64,000 nt of DNA from Zancudomyces culisetae HAW-14-8 (Eukaryota > Fungi > Kickxellomycota): NCBI GenBank assembly GCA_052426225.1, contig JBNJNM010000007.1, positions 558,001 through 622,000 of the forward strand. The letters are read 5' to 3'. The position numbers and the translations under genes are program-made. The notes under the pieces are model-generated. The model was not told the origin of the DNA and made no database searches. It saw only the letters and a list, made by a program, of their open reading frames with translations. Positions 1 through 13,378 of the stretch are shown one piece after another; positions within the stretch are counted from its first letter, which is position 1, and every line of letters starts with the position of its first letter.

Positions 1-352
1 CCACCAAAAAACTCAATTTTACTCCCCCTTCCCTCTACCTGCCCTTTCTAATCTCTAAATTATCACATACTTCATTGTGAACACTTCATAGTCATTCCCC
101 TCTTAATTAGTGTATCAATGTCTCTTTATATTCTTCCTTTTTATGCTTTTCAAAAAGATCATTTAAACAGTTGAAAATAAAAACTATAATAATATCGTTA
201 AAAATCCAAAACCCATATAAAACTGAAAATAAAGAAAAGCTATAAAAATATAAAATATAGTCTATTATCCACATCTTCCCACCCGCTTCATCACTTTTTC
301 TTTTTCTTTTTCTTTTTTTTTAAAAAAAAAAGGAAATAAAAGAGAAATTCAA

Positions 353-1945
353 CTATTTTCCTTTTGCCCTCATACTCTTCTGCTTTTGTGCCTGTTTATA
401 TCTTCTTTCCTCCTCTAACTCTCGCTGTTCCTCAATCATATCCTCCAATTTTGCAATCTTCAAACTACGATGTTCCTCTTGGTTCAGATAATCTATGCTC
501 GCCTCCATATCTGAACTATCACCATCATCATCATACCCCGCTATTCGCCGCCTCTTTGCCCCGCCATCATTATATCGTCTAGCATCATACCCCGTGATTT
601 TATACAATTCTTTTCTATAATCAAGATTTCCACCCCCACCCCCACTCCCTCTTCCTCCTCTACTATAACCACTTGCATCACTTTCGTCCTCATCGGATAC
701 TATAAACCCATCCATTGAATCATACTCATCCTCTTCTTCATATCTTGATCTTCGCTTCGGTTCATATGCTGGTCTCTTTGTGCTTCTTGCATTTGCAGAC
801 ATGCTTATAGATTTATTCGCCTTATATGACCTGCTCAAGCTACTTGATTCGTATCTCTCCCTACTGCTGCCTCTGCTTTCGGCTCTACTATCAATACCAA
901 CACCCTTACTACTACTTTTCCAACCATACTCACTTTTTGCTGTTCTATCGGGTGTTAGTGATCGTTTTGACCTTTCTTTTGGCCGCTCTTTTAGTTTTTG
1001 TTTAACTCCAAACCGGTCCAATTCCTGTACCACTTTTCTCTCCTTCTTTTCCTCGGAAATACTCAATGACTTGACTTTTGACGGATCCAACTTTTTTTCT
1101 GTTCTTTTAACTCCACCGTTATCCACCACTCTATTCGCCCTACTATTATCTCTCGAAAGCCCATTCCCTTCCCTGCCATCTCTACCATTATTTCCAGCGG
1201 AACTCCTTGATAAACTAGCATTCGCTCTACTCATTTGTAGCTCCTTATCCCTTTTCATTTTGCTCTTTGCACTCTCCATCATTCGAATCGGTATCCCACT
1301 TTTTCCTACAGTTTTAGCCCCCGCCACTCCTCCTCTAGCTTCCTCTCCAACTCGGCTCTTGATTCCCGAACCTAGACCCAATCTAGATCCAAGTCCTCCA
1401 CTACCACCCATTCTACTCATTCCACTACCAACACCCTCCTTACTCTTATCCTTATAAAGTGCTTGTCCCTTTGACGCTGCATTTTTCATCAACTCTTTAT
1501 ATGTCAAGTGTCGCTTCTTGCTATCGGACACATCTTTATCTTTGGTCGTTTCCACCATCCTTTTTGCTTCTCGTTGTATACCTGCTCTATTTTCTACACT
1601 CCCTTTCCTCTGTGTTTCATTGCTAGCACCATCACTTTTACTGCCATACTTGCTCCTTTCAAGGCTTTTTCCTATTGAAGCTTGGCTAGGTTTGCTATAC
1701 CCTCTCGACTCTAGTCCTTCTCGCTCCCTTTTCTCCCGTTGTTGTTGCTGTTGCTGCTGCTGTTGCTGTTGTGTCCTTTTTTGCAGTATTTCTTGTTTCT
1801 CCCTTTCTATCCTTCTATCCCGTTCCAATTGCGCCACGCTGTACAATCTCTCTCCTTTACGTACTCCACCACCAGCACCTCCTCCTCCCCCACCTGTTTC
1901 TCCCTTTACCATGCTCAACAACTTGTTGAAATCTAAATTTTGCAT
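353..1945 (-). CDS. SPT2: SPT2 chromatin protein (H3/H4 chaperone)
   Basis: 530-aa ORF with a low-complexity basic body. The C-terminus DYRKELYKITGYD...DDDGDSSDMEAS...EEHRSLKIAKLEDMIEEQRE matches the SPT2 domain. Confidence 0.85.
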   Translation of the reverse strand: MQNLDFNKLLSMVKGETGGGGGGAGGGVRKGERLYSVAQLERDRRIEREKQEILQKRTQQQQQQQQQQQREKREREGLESRGYSKPSQASIGKSLERSKYGSKSDGASNETQRKGSVENRAGIQREAKRMVETTKDKDVSDSKKRHLTYKELMKNAASKGQALYKDKSKEGVGSGMSRMGGSGGLGSRLGLGSGIKSRVGEEARGGVAGAKTVGKSGIPIRMMESAKSKMKRDKELQMSRANASLSRSSAGNNGRDGREGNGLSRDNSRANRVVDNGGVKRTEKKLDPSKVKSLSISEEKKERKVVQELDRFGVKQKLKERPKERSKRSLTPDRTAKSEYGWKSSSKGVGIDSRAESRGSSRERYESSSLSRSYKANKSISMSANARSTKRPAYEPKRRSRYEEEDEYDSMDGFIVSDEDESDASGYSRGGRGSGGGGGNLDYRKELYKITGYDARRYNDGGAKRRRIAGYDDDGDSSDMEASIDYLNQEEHRSLKIAKLEDMIEEQRELEEERRYKQAQKQKSMRAKGK

Positions 1946-2722
1946 TTTTTTTCTATTCTATTCTATTCTATTCTATTCTTCTTTTTTTCTTTTCCCTCTA
2001 GTTAATACAACCTTTTTTATTTATTACAATTGGATTTGTTAAACAAATGTACCAGTAAATCTTGGGTTTCTTTATTTATTTTTTTTTGAAGAATCTCTAA
2101 AGATTATATACCAAACCCTTCCATCCCACCTATTTATTACCACGGTTTATTCTATAAGTAGTTTTTTTTCTCGGCATATACCAAGACTAATAAGGAACTC
2201 TGGATATGACTTTTATTATTAGTTTACCCTCTCTTTCTAAATAAAAGTTTATTTTTTCTTGTAAACGTGAATAGCTACTATTTGAAGTTTTTTTTTTAAT
2301 TTTTTTTTTTTAGCAGTAAATAACCAAGATTTTTTTAATTTTTTTTAGCTAAATTTACCTAGAATTGTACTACCAACATCACCACATTTACACTAAAGCA
2401 TTTTTTTTCCCTTACCCTACTCTAATTTGAAAAAAAGAGATAATGAAGTGTGGAGGGGACACAAAATTGGGGGAACAGTGATAGTGAGTAGCATCAGTTT
2501 GATCATGATTTCATCATAGTTACATTGCGAATATTATACGTTTATAAAATAGTACATGACCATAAACTACCAAAAACGTTGTACTTGGTTTTCTTGAAAA
2601 GATACGTTTATAATTTATTAGTACAACGTTTAACATCTAACAGATTAATCAAACAAGTTATAGTATAGACTAATGGTCAAAAAAATAGAATAGTGTATAA
2701 ACAATGAGTGAGTAAAATTAAT

Positions 2723-4122
2723 TTACGAGAAGTAATCCAATCTAACAACAATAATGGAGATATTATCAGTGCTTAGGTTATCCATAGCAAAATTCAAAAG
2801 AGCAGAACTAGCCAACTCTGCACTCTCTGAGTTCCTGGCAATTTCAACGGCCTGTTCGTCAGTACAAACATCCCACAATCCATCACAAGCAAGAATCAAA
2901 ACATCATTTTCTTTGTCCAGTGTGGTAACTGTCACATACGGATTTCCAACAACAACCCTCTTCATTGTCGAGTCACCCAGTGCTCTGGTGACTGCCAAAA
3001 CACCATTCACTCGGTTATTAATCATGAATCCACCATTTTCTGTAATCCGCAATGACTCCTGAAAATCCTCTCCCTTGTGATCATATGTCATCCGAGCAGC
3101 ATCCTCATTTCGCCCTAACGTTGCCCGTGCATCTCCAACATTTGCTGTGTAGAGCTTATATTTCTTTTCCTGGTCTTCTATACCCATCTCTTCTAAAACA
3201 AAGGCTATAACTGCTGTACATCCTGATCTGGCCTTGCACTCTTGTTTGATTTTGGCATCTGCCTCCAAAAAACTATTGTTTATAATCTCTGGAATACTTT
3301 CGTCTTTCTGTCTTTTCATCAACCGCTCTTGTAATATCTATGTAAATTTTATCCTTTTTTCTTTACTCTCATACTGTATTAGGCGGTATCGTAATCACTA
3401 CAACCAATCTGTAGCGTTTAGGAACGTTTTCCAGTATTAAAATACAATTTGAATCTTACCGAATGAAAATTCAGTCCACACCACTCTGCTGCATCTTTTC
3501 CTGCGTGTCCATCAAAAATCCCGGAAAAAAACTGCCCTTCTTTCTCACAAAAGTTATAAACAAAACTGTGTGAATCCTATAAAAGTAAGTTGTACACATA
3601 TATATTTTTCTGTTGCTTCCTCACTTCTTCTCCTTCTCCTTCTCTTTCTCTTTCTCTTCTTCAAAAATCAGTATACTATCAGATTATTACCTCCATTGAT
3701 CTTCGATATCTTCTATTTCGCTCAGTAGCAACCCCTATACTCACAAATCTCGGTGCATTATCTTTCTCTGTTATATTCGTTGTATATGTCGATGGTGGAG
3801 AGGGTGATTTTACTAGCAAGATGTTGTTTAGTTTTTCCTCTGCAACTTTGTTCGCCCCTTTTGTATCAATTGGTGGCAGGAAATTCCCTCGATTTATTCC
3901 TGTTCGTTTCTGTGTAAAGTTAAAACCCTCATTTTCATTTTCTGCCAAAGTTACGACCCTGAAATCATCTTTTCCATCACTACGTCTTTCGGCAAGCCCT
4001 ATTTTGTCGAGTTCTTCTCCCAATGTCTTGATAGATCTACTGGAACTTGCTGCTTTTGCTTCTTCTGCTTCTGCAGGAAATATCTTGATCCCTTTTTCCT
4101 CTTTCGTGTTATTTTCGTCCAT
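2723..4122 (-). CDS. PTC1: PP2C/PPM phosphatase, Ptc1-like (3 exons)
   Basis: Spliced reading gives RRSME|DSHS...GIFDGHAG...LYTANVGDAR...VLAVTRALGD...LILACDGLWDV...STDNISIIVV. Two GT-AG introns join the 3679-4185 and 2723-3322 ORFs through a middle exon. Confidence 0.9.
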
Positions 4123-5663
4123 TAATATTTTCCTGTTGTAAATTTGTGCAAATTCGAAATCCAAATTGCTCAACTTTGAATACACTATTTTGATATGAAC
4201 TTTTCTATAGATAGCTTTGTGAATAACAATGTAGATAAGATAGTGGTGGAAAAAAATGGCTAGTTAGAGTGATCCCTGAATTTTACTTTGCTTTTTAATC
4301 AGTCTTTTTATGCCACTTTAATCAAAGAGCTTGTAAAAATAAAATTGAATAACTGAAAATTAGTTAAACAAAGCAAAATAAAATAAAATAAAAAAATTGG
4401 CTATACCAAAAACTAGTTACATTTTTTTTTGGTGTTTTTTTTTATATGGGTGGTTGGGGCTATTCTATGTACAAGTTAAGGTTTTTTTTTCCCCATCGCA
4501 AATTGTGTAATGGGAGAATTGTTTTGCTTGGACATTGTTCGTTTATGTAATTTAGGGTTATTACAAAGACGGAATAGAATTAAAAAAATCTTGGACAAAA
4601 TATCAACAATAACATAATGGAAATCCATACAAGCAAGTTCCCAATCCTTTTGTCCTTCAACTTTAATAAGCTTAAGTATTTTTTCATCTTACCTAGCTCC
4701 CCCTCCTTTCCTGCCAATTGGAATATACACTGAATCTTAACTTTTACCAATCTGTTACTTGGTGGTGATTTTCCCTGAAAAGAAAAAAGCCAATATCACA
4801 CTGATTATACTCTATGTTTTTGATGCTTTGTACAATAAAAGATAATTACAACCAAAAGTTAATGAGTTTACAATATTACTGATGTTGAATGTATATTGTG
4901 ATAATCAGTCTCAGGTTATTTCATATTTTTTTATACTTTAACGCTGTGTGTTCTTGAATGTTTAATTATATTAACTTGAATACCAATATTCTTCGATTTA
5001 CAAGCTAGTAAAACAGCTGGAATGGGATAAAATGCCTTTTTCAGCATACATATTGTAAAAAAAGTAACAATAAAAATGGCTATTATAACAAGATCAGGGA
5101 TAATTCCCACTGTTCTACACTTCTTTTTTCATCATCATAAAAATCTAGAAATGTTAGAACATGAGTCCCTCTCACTACAGCTTGAAACCCAATTGAAGTA
5201 CATTTATTGGTGCTGGCTTACTTTTTGCTCAAGAATAATAAAAGTAAATATGACCTCGTTGATAGCTTGTGATGAATAATATCTGGAAAGAGCAGACTTA
5301 TTGCAAGCTAAAATCTGTTACGCCAACTTGGTTGCTAACTGTTGATATGTTATTTTGTATATAACCCAATTTGTTTTACAAGTAGCCTTAAATATTGGAC
5401 GCATCTTGTGCAAATATTTTTGATGGAAAAATAAAGTAAACAAAGCTATCCAATAAATATGAGTACATTAATGATTTGAATTTGTTTGCATATACCAATT
5501 GTGGACAATCAAAATACTAATCAAATTTAAACATTGAAAAACAACAATCTAAAATTGTTATAAAATTATTGTACCAAATTTGACTTAAAGTATATACTAA
5601 TAAAACAAAAACCATCACATTTTTCATCTTTACTCAAAAAGGGTACTAGTTATAATATCAACA

Positions 5664-8600
5664 ATGACATTTAACATAGTAGAAAAGGTGGCAAATTACA
5701 TTCAAGAGCTTGACGATGCAGACAATGATGTGGAAACAGCAGGTCTCAGAACTGAAGAGTCCAGACAGCTGATCAATCAAATGATAAATGAATTGGCAGA
5801 AGACAGCAAGCGGATTACAAGGAAAGAGATATTTGGATTGATAAAAAGATTTATCAGAGATTTCAAAGATTTGGATGGTAGATTGATCAAAAGGATAATA
5901 GCCCTTGTTAATGTGGGTGTAGAGGGTGAGGTGAAAGTTATCGTCGAAAAGGAGAAAGAAATTGATAGAGAGTACGAAAGAGGAGAAAGAATAAATCGCT
6001 ACATATTTTTGATGTACTGCATAGTAGAGCAAATAATGGGAGGTAGCAGTGGTGGTGGGATTATTGCGGCTGCGGGTAAACCTACAGGTAAAAAGAAGAG
6101 GAAGGTCGGTGGCGAAAATGAAAATATTGCGCGACAAATAATGATGGAAATGGAAAAGTTTGCATATGAGATGGAGCGATTGATAAATCGAGACTTGAAA
6201 AATATTTATGAACGAAAGGCAGAGAGAGAGGGAATGGTGTACACGGTGGCCGGAATATGTATAAAAATGATAGAAAGCAAAGAGTATGAGAATAACGACA
6301 ATTTAATTAAACAGGCAATGAGAGTGATAATAATAAGTAGTCGTGACTACAACTATGTTTACACGTTGATAAATATATTGTGGCAGGATTTGATGCATAT
6401 GGAGCATATGAGTAAAATGGTAGTTGATTTGTTGGTAATGGCAAGTGATGAATATTCATACGAGCAGATAGGAGAAGAGATTCTGCGGACTATCGGAGGA
6501 ACAGAGTGGGGAAGCGAAAGAGATAAAAGTGCAGCAAAACAGATAGGCAAATTTATAGTAATGGTGAGCGAAAGAAAGGTGAAGTTGATCAATAAGTATA
6601 TGGGACAGTTGATAGTACAATTTGCCAGTGAGAACTACGTTGTTCGAAGCTCAATAATTGAAGTTATTGGAAATATAATTGTTCAATTTGGAGAGATGGA
6701 GCAGAGTGACAGTATCAAGAACCAAGTGATTGAATACTTTGATATTATTGAACAGAGATTTAAAGATGTAAATTACTATGTGCGAAGTAGAGTAATAGGA
6801 ATTTGCATAGAAATTAGCAAAGGAAAAGCAAAATACCCAAGACAACGGCCACGGTTGGTGGAGTTGATGATAGGACGACTTCAAGATAAGGCAAGTAGTG
6901 TGCGAAGACAAGCGATTAAAGGGTTATGCGTATTTGTACAAACACATCCATTCACTCTAGATGGAGGAAGACTAGATAAACATAAGATGGAAATGGAAAT
7001 AAAAAAAATAGAGGCGCAAATGGAAAAGGTGATGAGACGGGCTGCCGAGAATATACAAAAACAACAGGTTGAAACAATGGATATAGAAGATGTGATGAAG
7101 CAGCTCAAGATGCAGCAGATATACTACAGAGATGCTACGGATTTTGTCGAACAAATTGAAGGCGTTTTTCCGATTCTGGAGAAGCAGTTGTGGAGTATCA
7201 ATAAGCAGGAAGTTGTTGAAACAATGCGGTTTATAGTAACAATAACCAAATACGGAGTGGGGAACAGTGAGAGCTTGATAAAGAAGATGAGTCACTTGAT
7301 ATGGAAAACAACCACAAGTAATAAAAAGGTTGCGGCCGCGACAGCAGCAGCGGCAGCCGCAGCAGCAGCATCTGCAACAACTACATCGTCAACAACGGCA
7401 GCAGCAACTGCAGCAACGATTAACACAGAGGAGGCCAAAGTGCGACAGGAGCTTTTAGAGTCGTTTGTTGAGCTTTACCTGAAAGAAGTGGTACAGTTAA
7501 GCAGGGAACAAAACATTGAAAGAAAGTGTAAAAACCTATTGGAGATGGCAAAGAAAAGCAGCTTGTCGGACTTGGCGAGCTTGGAGCAGATATTAAGAAT
7601 ACTGTATACAGATAAGCACATAGAAAAACAGGTAGTAAAGAGAATAGTGCAAGTGTTTGGACAAAAGAACCAAAAGCGGGAGGATAGGATTTCAGCAATC
7701 ATAATATTGAGTATGTTGGCAAAAGAGGATAAAGAAATTGCAATTGATGAGATGGAGTTGCTTTTGAAGGTTGGTTTGAATACACAAGTGGAGAAAATAA
7801 ACTATTTGATTGCAAAATATACAATCAGCACTATAATGAATATAATTGATAACAACCAAGAAGAAAGCAAGAGGTTGGGGAATGATAATGCCATAATCGA
7901 AAATCTAAAGGAGGTAATTACCAAGCCAACTGTAGATAGAGGATGGTATCCAACAGCACAGTTAGCAATCGATGCAATATATTTGATGAGCAACCAGCCT
8001 CCCAAAGTCATTGAAAGCATTATCAAAGAAATGGCCAACCGAATTGACAAGGTCACAGCGTTTGAAACAAGCCAGTTGATTCATGTAGTTGGGCATGTAG
8101 CTATGAAACAAATTGAGTATTTGGAGGTGATAGAAAATGACATGAAAAAGAAAAAAGGCAACCAATACACTGATGAGGAAATTGCGGAAATGATAAGTCA
8201 AACTCGCGAGACAGAGCTTATCACCAAAACCGGAGGAATGTTGAGTAAGTTTTGCAAGCTGATTGAGCACATTTGTTATAATCAACATAAATATGGTGAT
8301 AAGGAGATATACACGATTGCAATACTGGCATTGTGTAAATATATGTGTGTTAGTTCCGAATACTGCGAAAAGAATATGCCACTATTATTTGATTTATTAA
8401 AGAGTGATAGTACAAGTAGTAGAAACAAGTGCAATATTGCAATAGCAATGGGAGATATTTCTGTGAATTACAGCTTGCTAATGGGTGAAAATGTGGGTGA
8501 GTTATACCAGGTGTTACAAAAGGATCCCGATGTCCAAGTACAACGAACATTGTTGATGGTTTTGACACATTTGATCCTGAATGGAATGATTAAAGTAAAA

Positions 8601-9440
8601 TCACATTTATCAATTATCGCCGAGTGTTTGGTGCATAAAGACAACCGGATTAAGTCCTTGGCACAAATATTCTTTACAGAATTTTCATATAGCAAACAAA
8701 ATTCTATCTACAACAACCTTCCCGACATTATATCTAATTTGATATTCTCATCATCGTCATCGTCATCAGAATTACCGCCACTCTCAGCATCTATATCCAT
8801 GGATGAAGATTATGCTCATGAAAATAGCAGAGATAATGAGAACAATGAAAATAATAACGGTAATGAAAGTGACATGGAAAGTGACAATGCCGATGTTGAA
8901 AATGACAATATGGATGACACTGAACATGGTCCTAAGAGTAAAACCAAAACAAAACCCAAAGATAGACCCGAAAGCACAGCCGAGGACATTGAAAGTAAAA
9001 AATTCAACGAAATTGTCAACTTTTTATTCAAATTTATTTCTCCCCAAAACCTACAGCCATTCGGCGATAACCCAGACGACTCCAACTCTGTTCTTTTCAG
9101 CAACTCCAGCAATATGGCAGGAAACAAACGGCAAATCGAAAACATCATTGACAAGCTGGTTTCTCGGTTCAGAAGGGTGAGCAATCTCAGCCAGGCCAGA
9201 AAACTGAGCCATTGTTTAATGCTGCTAAACTACAAGAGCGAAAAATCAATAGTAAAACTCGCCAGCAACATGCCGACATTTCAAATGTATTTAGGAGATC
9301 CGGTTGTTTTCAAGTGCTTTAAAGACATAATTTCAAAAACTAAAAACTCTTTAGGTAATAGTGAAGCCAACAATGGGCTGAAAACTTGCTTGTTGGATTT
9401 TGAATCCAAACTCATCGAAGCAAACAGCAAGCTTGCTTAA
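5664..9440 (+). CDS. YCS4: Condensin complex subunit 1 (Ycs4/Cnd1/CAP-D2), HEAT repeats
   Basis: 1258-aa intronless ORF. It has [27 protein letters not shown] and the Cnd1 domain [13 protein letters not shown]...[16 protein letters not shown]...[12 protein letters not shown]. Confidence 0.93.
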   Translation: MTFNIVEKVANYIQELDDADNDVETAGLRTEESRQLINQMINELAEDSKRITRKEIFGLIKRFIRDFKDLDGRLIKRIIALVNVGVEGEVKVIVEKEKEIDREYERGERINRYIFLMYCIVEQIMGGSSGGGIIAAAGKPTGKKKRKVGGENENIARQIMMEMEKFAYEMERLINRDLKNIYERKAEREGMVYTVAGICIKMIESKEYENNDNLIKQAMRVIIISSRDYNYVYTLINILWQDLMHMEHMSKMVVDLLVMASDEYSYEQIGEEILRTIGGTEWGSERDKSAAKQIGKFIVMVSERKVKLINKYMGQLIVQFASENYVVRSSIIEVIGNIIVQFGEMEQSDSIKNQVIEYFDIIEQRFKDVNYYVRSRVIGICIEISKGKAKYPRQRPRLVELMIGRLQDKASSVRRQAIKGLCVFVQTHPFTLDGGRLDKHKMEMEIKKIEAQMEKVMRRAAENIQKQQVETMDIEDVMKQLKMQQIYYRDATDFVEQIEGVFPILEKQLWSINKQEVVETMRFIVTITKYGVGNSESLIKKMSHLIWKTTTSNKKVAAATAAAAAAAAASATTTSSTTAAATAATINTEEAKVRQELLESFVELYLKEVVQLSREQNIERKCKNLLEMAKKSSLSDLASLEQILRILYTDKHIEKQVVKRIVQVFGQKNQKREDRISAIIILSMLAKEDKEIAIDEMELLLKVGLNTQVEKINYLIAKYTISTIMNIIDNNQEESKRLGNDNAIIENLKEVITKPTVDRGWYPTAQLAIDAIYLMSNQPPKVIESIIKEMANRIDKVTAFETSQLIHVVGHVAMKQIEYLEVIENDMKKKKGNQYTDEEIAEMISQTRETELITKTGGMLSKFCKLIEHICYNQHKYGDKEIYTIAILALCKYMCVSSEYCEKNMPLLFDLLKSDSTSSRNKCNIAIAMGDISVNYSLLMGENVGELYQVLQKDPDVQVQRTLLMVLTHLILNGMIKVKSHLSIIAECLVHKDNRIKSLAQIFFTEFSYSKQNSIYNNLPDIISNLIFSSSSSSSELPPLSASISMDEDYAHENSRDNENNENNNGNESDMESDNADVENDNMDDTEHGPKSKTKTKPKDRPESTAEDIESKKFNEIVNFLFKFISPQNLQPFGDNPDDSNSVLFSNSSNMAGNKRQIENIIDKLVSRFRRVSNLSQARKLSHCLMLLNYKSEKSIVKLASNMPTFQMYLGDPVVFKCFKDIISKTKNSLGNSEANNGLKTCLLDFESKLIEANSKLA

Positions 9441-10735
9441 ACCTCCAGCAACAATCTGCTTGGATCTTGGACATAATCTCTGACCTTAACCAAGAAAGTT
9501 ACTGCTTCTCGGCCATCAATCAGTCTGTGGTCATAGCTGAGTGCCACATACATCATTGGTCGCACCTCTACTGTCTTGACTCCTCCCTTCTCAACAACCA
9601 CTGGTCGCTCCTTGATTGCGTGCATGCCCAAAATAGCTGACTGAGGCAGATTGATGATGGGTGTTCCCATCAAGCTTCCAAATACTCCTCCGTTGGAAAT
9701 GGTAAATGTTCCTCCGTTCAGATCCTCAAGTGTCAATTTATTGTCTCTTGCCTTGTCTCCCAAACGCTTGATCTCTTGCTCTATCTCCACAATGTTCATC
9801 TGTTCAACACCTCGAACAATTGGTGTTACCAAACCCTTTGGTGTTGCTACTGCTACACTAATGTCGCTATAATCATGATATTCAACCATTTGTCCGTCAT
9901 TTGAGATCCGTGCATTTACTGCTGGAACTTCTTTCAGGGCCTGGGCACAAGCCTTGGCAAAGGCTCCCATAAATCCAAGTTTGATTCCATGCTTCTCGAA
10001 CACAGCGTCCTTGTATTTGCTTCTCAACGCCATCAAATTGCTCATATCAATTTCGTTGAATGTTGTTAGAGTTGCCAATGTGTTTTGTGATTCTTTTAAT
10101 CTCTCACTGATGCGAAGTCTCATCCTTGACATCTTTTCTACTCGGGTTTGTCTACTGCCTGCTGGTGCCTTTTCTGTTACTGGTGCCTCTACCTTTGGCT
10201 GCGGTGTTGGCTTAGCTGCTGGTGCTGGTGCTGGTGCTGCTGGTTTAGCTTGCTCTACTGGTTTTGGTGCTGGAGTTGGAGTTGGGGCTGGAGTTGAAGC
10301 CTCCTTCACTGTTTCGACTGGCTTTTCTTGCACAGTTTCGCTACTGCTAGCGGCTGGTTCTGAAGTTGCTTCACCTTCTGTGTCAATTTCACACATATCC
10401 TGCCCAACAACAACGACATCATCTTGTTGGATCAATTGCTTGACCATAACTCCAGCAACGGTACTGTTTACTGGGATGTCTACTTTATCAGTTTCGATAC
10501 TTCCGACTTCCTCATCCAACTTGATTGCTTCTCCTACTTGTTTTTGCCATCCCTTGAAGGCTCCCTCTGTTATCGAGTCTGCCAAATGTGGAACCTTGAT
10601 TGTTACGATTTTGAAGGCATTTTGACTGGTACTAAACATTCTACTTGCGGTATTGTATCCTGGTCTTACGATACACCTGCTTCTGAGCAGTGAGCTCATT
10701 TGCTGGCTTCTTAGCAACATGGCTTTTGTTGACAT
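9437..10735 (-). CDS. KGD2: 2-oxoglutarate dehydrogenase E2 (dihydrolipoamide succinyltransferase), mitochondrial
   Basis: Mitochondrial presequence, lipoyl domain IETDKVD, Pro/Ala linker, and catalytic [18 protein letters not shown]. Confidence 0.97.
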   Translation of the reverse strand: MSTKAMLLRSQQMSSLLRSRCIVRPGYNTASRMFSTSQNAFKIVTIKVPHLADSITEGAFKGWQKQVGEAIKLDEEVGSIETDKVDIPVNSTVAGVMVKQLIQQDDVVVVGQDMCEIDTEGEATSEPAASSSETVQEKPVETVKEASTPAPTPTPAPKPVEQAKPAAPAPAPAAKPTPQPKVEAPVTEKAPAGSRQTRVEKMSRMRLRISERLKESQNTLATLTTFNEIDMSNLMALRSKYKDAVFEKHGIKLGFMGAFAKACAQALKEVPAVNARISNDGQMVEYHDYSDISVAVATPKGLVTPIVRGVEQMNIVEIEQEIKRLGDKARDNKLTLEDLNGGTFTISNGGVFGSLMGTPIINLPQSAILGMHAIKERPVVVEKGGVKTVEVRPMMYVALSYDHRLIDGREAVTFLVKVRDYVQDPSRLLLEV

Positions 10736-13378
10736 TTTTCTAATCTTAATATTTCTTGCTTTTACTTTGCGTTAGCATACACAAGCCTTTATTTAAACCA
10801 AATTTTATACTTGATTTTTTTTTCCAATGTTTGTTTTTTTTTTGCTGTATTGCCTGTGTTGTTTTAATTTTTTGGGTTCAGAAATCCCTTTCCCAATTTT
10901 CTATGTTCCGTTTTTCTTTTGCTTTCTGGCCCTTTTCCGCAAATTCTCATTACAAATAGGTTTACTTATTTTTATTGGTCAGTTCTTTAGATTCTTTCTT
11001 CCAGCTAAACTTGGGATTTTTGACATTGAAATTATAATTGATGTTAAAACTACTCAAAAATATCTCATAGCCAATGAGCCGCGCCAAAAAAAAATTTTTT
11101 TTGCTTTACCACTAATACCCAACCGATAGATGTGTATCATCACACTGCACATTTTCTTGTATTTCTAATTTTATTTATTTCTTATCTCGAGAAGGGATAA
11201 AAACTCTGGTTAGTGACCATTAATAGGTAAAGAAACGTGGATTGTTTATTCATCCTCTTTTCGTTTTACACTAGAATATTGGTACCTTTTCTTTTATCTC
11301 CATTAATAAATATTTATTGCTTTACAAATCTTAAATGAAAATTAATTCCATATTCTATGCACATTCTTCGCTTTTAGCGGAAATTTATCTGATAATATGG
11401 CCGTATTCGCACTGACCCAACTCGCACTTTTCAGCTGTTACTGCATGTCTTCCGCAATATTCGCCACCTTATTTACTGGTATATTTCTACCTCTCCAATA
11501 CCTCTTTCTTGGTCACCGCACTTTAACTCTTTTTTTTTCTCATCTCACCTCGCACCTCTCCCACCTTCCATCGCAAACTTTCAGTATATCATATCTGTTA
11601 TCAATTTTTTTTTACATTTTTTCAAATCTGTGATTGTCAAATATTCACCTTGCTTCACTTTCTCACTCTAATTTTTTCTGATAAAAATTTTTTCTCACCC
11701 CTTGCCACTTAATACCCCTTCTTCACTTCTCCACTCCTACTTGATCATCATCTCCCACTCGCCTTCCATACACACTCACTACAAATCCAGATGTTTAACC
11801 AAGGTGACCAAGGTGACCAATGCGTTGTTTTCAAAAGGGGTCACAAATTACCGATAATGTTAAATATATTTGACAGACTTACATAAGCTTTAACATCTCA
11901 AACAAGGGCCAAAGTGCTGACAATTCCCACTTTATCATTTTTATTTGCTGGCCATTGAACTGTATCGATTTGGTTTCCCTTTCCTACATTATTTTTTTTA
12001 CTGAGTATACCAAAAAAAAAAAATTTATTCATATAATTATTTGGATCAATATAGCATATATCTAAACTAAATAAAATGTTCAAAATAAAAAGTAAACTTC
12101 GCTTGGTTCACTTTATCTGTGAGTACACATTTTTATTAATGTACTTATACATCCTAGCTAATCGTGTTTTATGTTATCTGTAAATTTTGTCATCTTTTAA
12201 TTATGAATTTTGATCGAAAGCAAATATAGTTAAATGTAAATACACTCCTCAATATCAGTTAGATAGTTGCAATTCTTGTACAAAACAACAGATACTGTGT
12301 TTTTTATGATACTCAAAAACATGTTAATAATATCAAACAACAGTGTACCCCACTTTTGTCACCACTCATCGAAAACAGTTTGGAAGAAATTAATATCTCC
12401 AATCAACATACACCTCCTCCTCCTCCCACTCCCCTAGTCTAGCCACTAGAATATACTATTGGGGCAGAATGACTGTTGTATTCGGCTTTTTACTTTCTTC
12501 TAGCCGTTGGCTTTGGTTTCATTTTATTTAGTTGGTCAAAAAAAGTGGAATTTCTTAGATACCAGTGCATAAAATCTTAAACCTTTTTCGATATGGACCC
12601 ATGTCCGATAATACTGATAACATAATCATACTTTTGTAGTTTTGGATGTTCTATTCATGGAAATAAAGGCTAAAAGTACAATACACCTATTATATATAAT
12701 ATATTTAACCCAATAATCCGATATGATAAATGTAGCCTGGAGGTACTACCATTTTCACCCAATCATTCTCTGCCTACTACATCCATATTTCATAAGACGG
12801 TCTTTATCCAAGAGTCATGTCTCAACCTCTTCCTATTTTAGTACATCAAGCACTATAGATAAAAGTAAATAAATAATTTGAACGTAATAATGTGTAATAT
12901 ATCTAAAGCTATTACATAACTGTTGCATACCGAGCTTATTCTACCAAAAGACAATACCAATAAACCCCTGATAATCAGTCTTTGCATAAATGATTTTTGT
13001 AAACGCTATTTTATCGACAAAACAAATCCCGTTTTATTTTAGGCTTGATCCATAAATAGAATTAGCTAAAAAAAAAGAACAAAACTGCTAAGTATATACT
13101 TAATATAACGTAAAGCAATATTTGCTGTAACCGTTGAAATATACACTCATTTTAGCCACATATACCTATACCGCTAAAAAAAAACACTAGTCTTGTAGAA
13201 ATATCATTAGACAGGATGTGGGTATATAAGGGGAGGGTTTAAGAACATTAAAAAAAAAGATGTGCATCTCCACCAACTTTTGATATACAGTTGTACTTTT
13301 ATTTGCATTTGGCAATAAAAAGATATTTATCAACACTTAGAGCAAAACGCATCTTTCAACTCAATCACACTATACAAA

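Noticed and set aside
364-2042. Long + strand ORFs opposite SPT2, and similar antisense ORFs opposite KGD2, SulP, UBP15 and TAF11
   Set aside because: These are L/S/P/F-rich shadow frames caused by strand skew and have no motifs.
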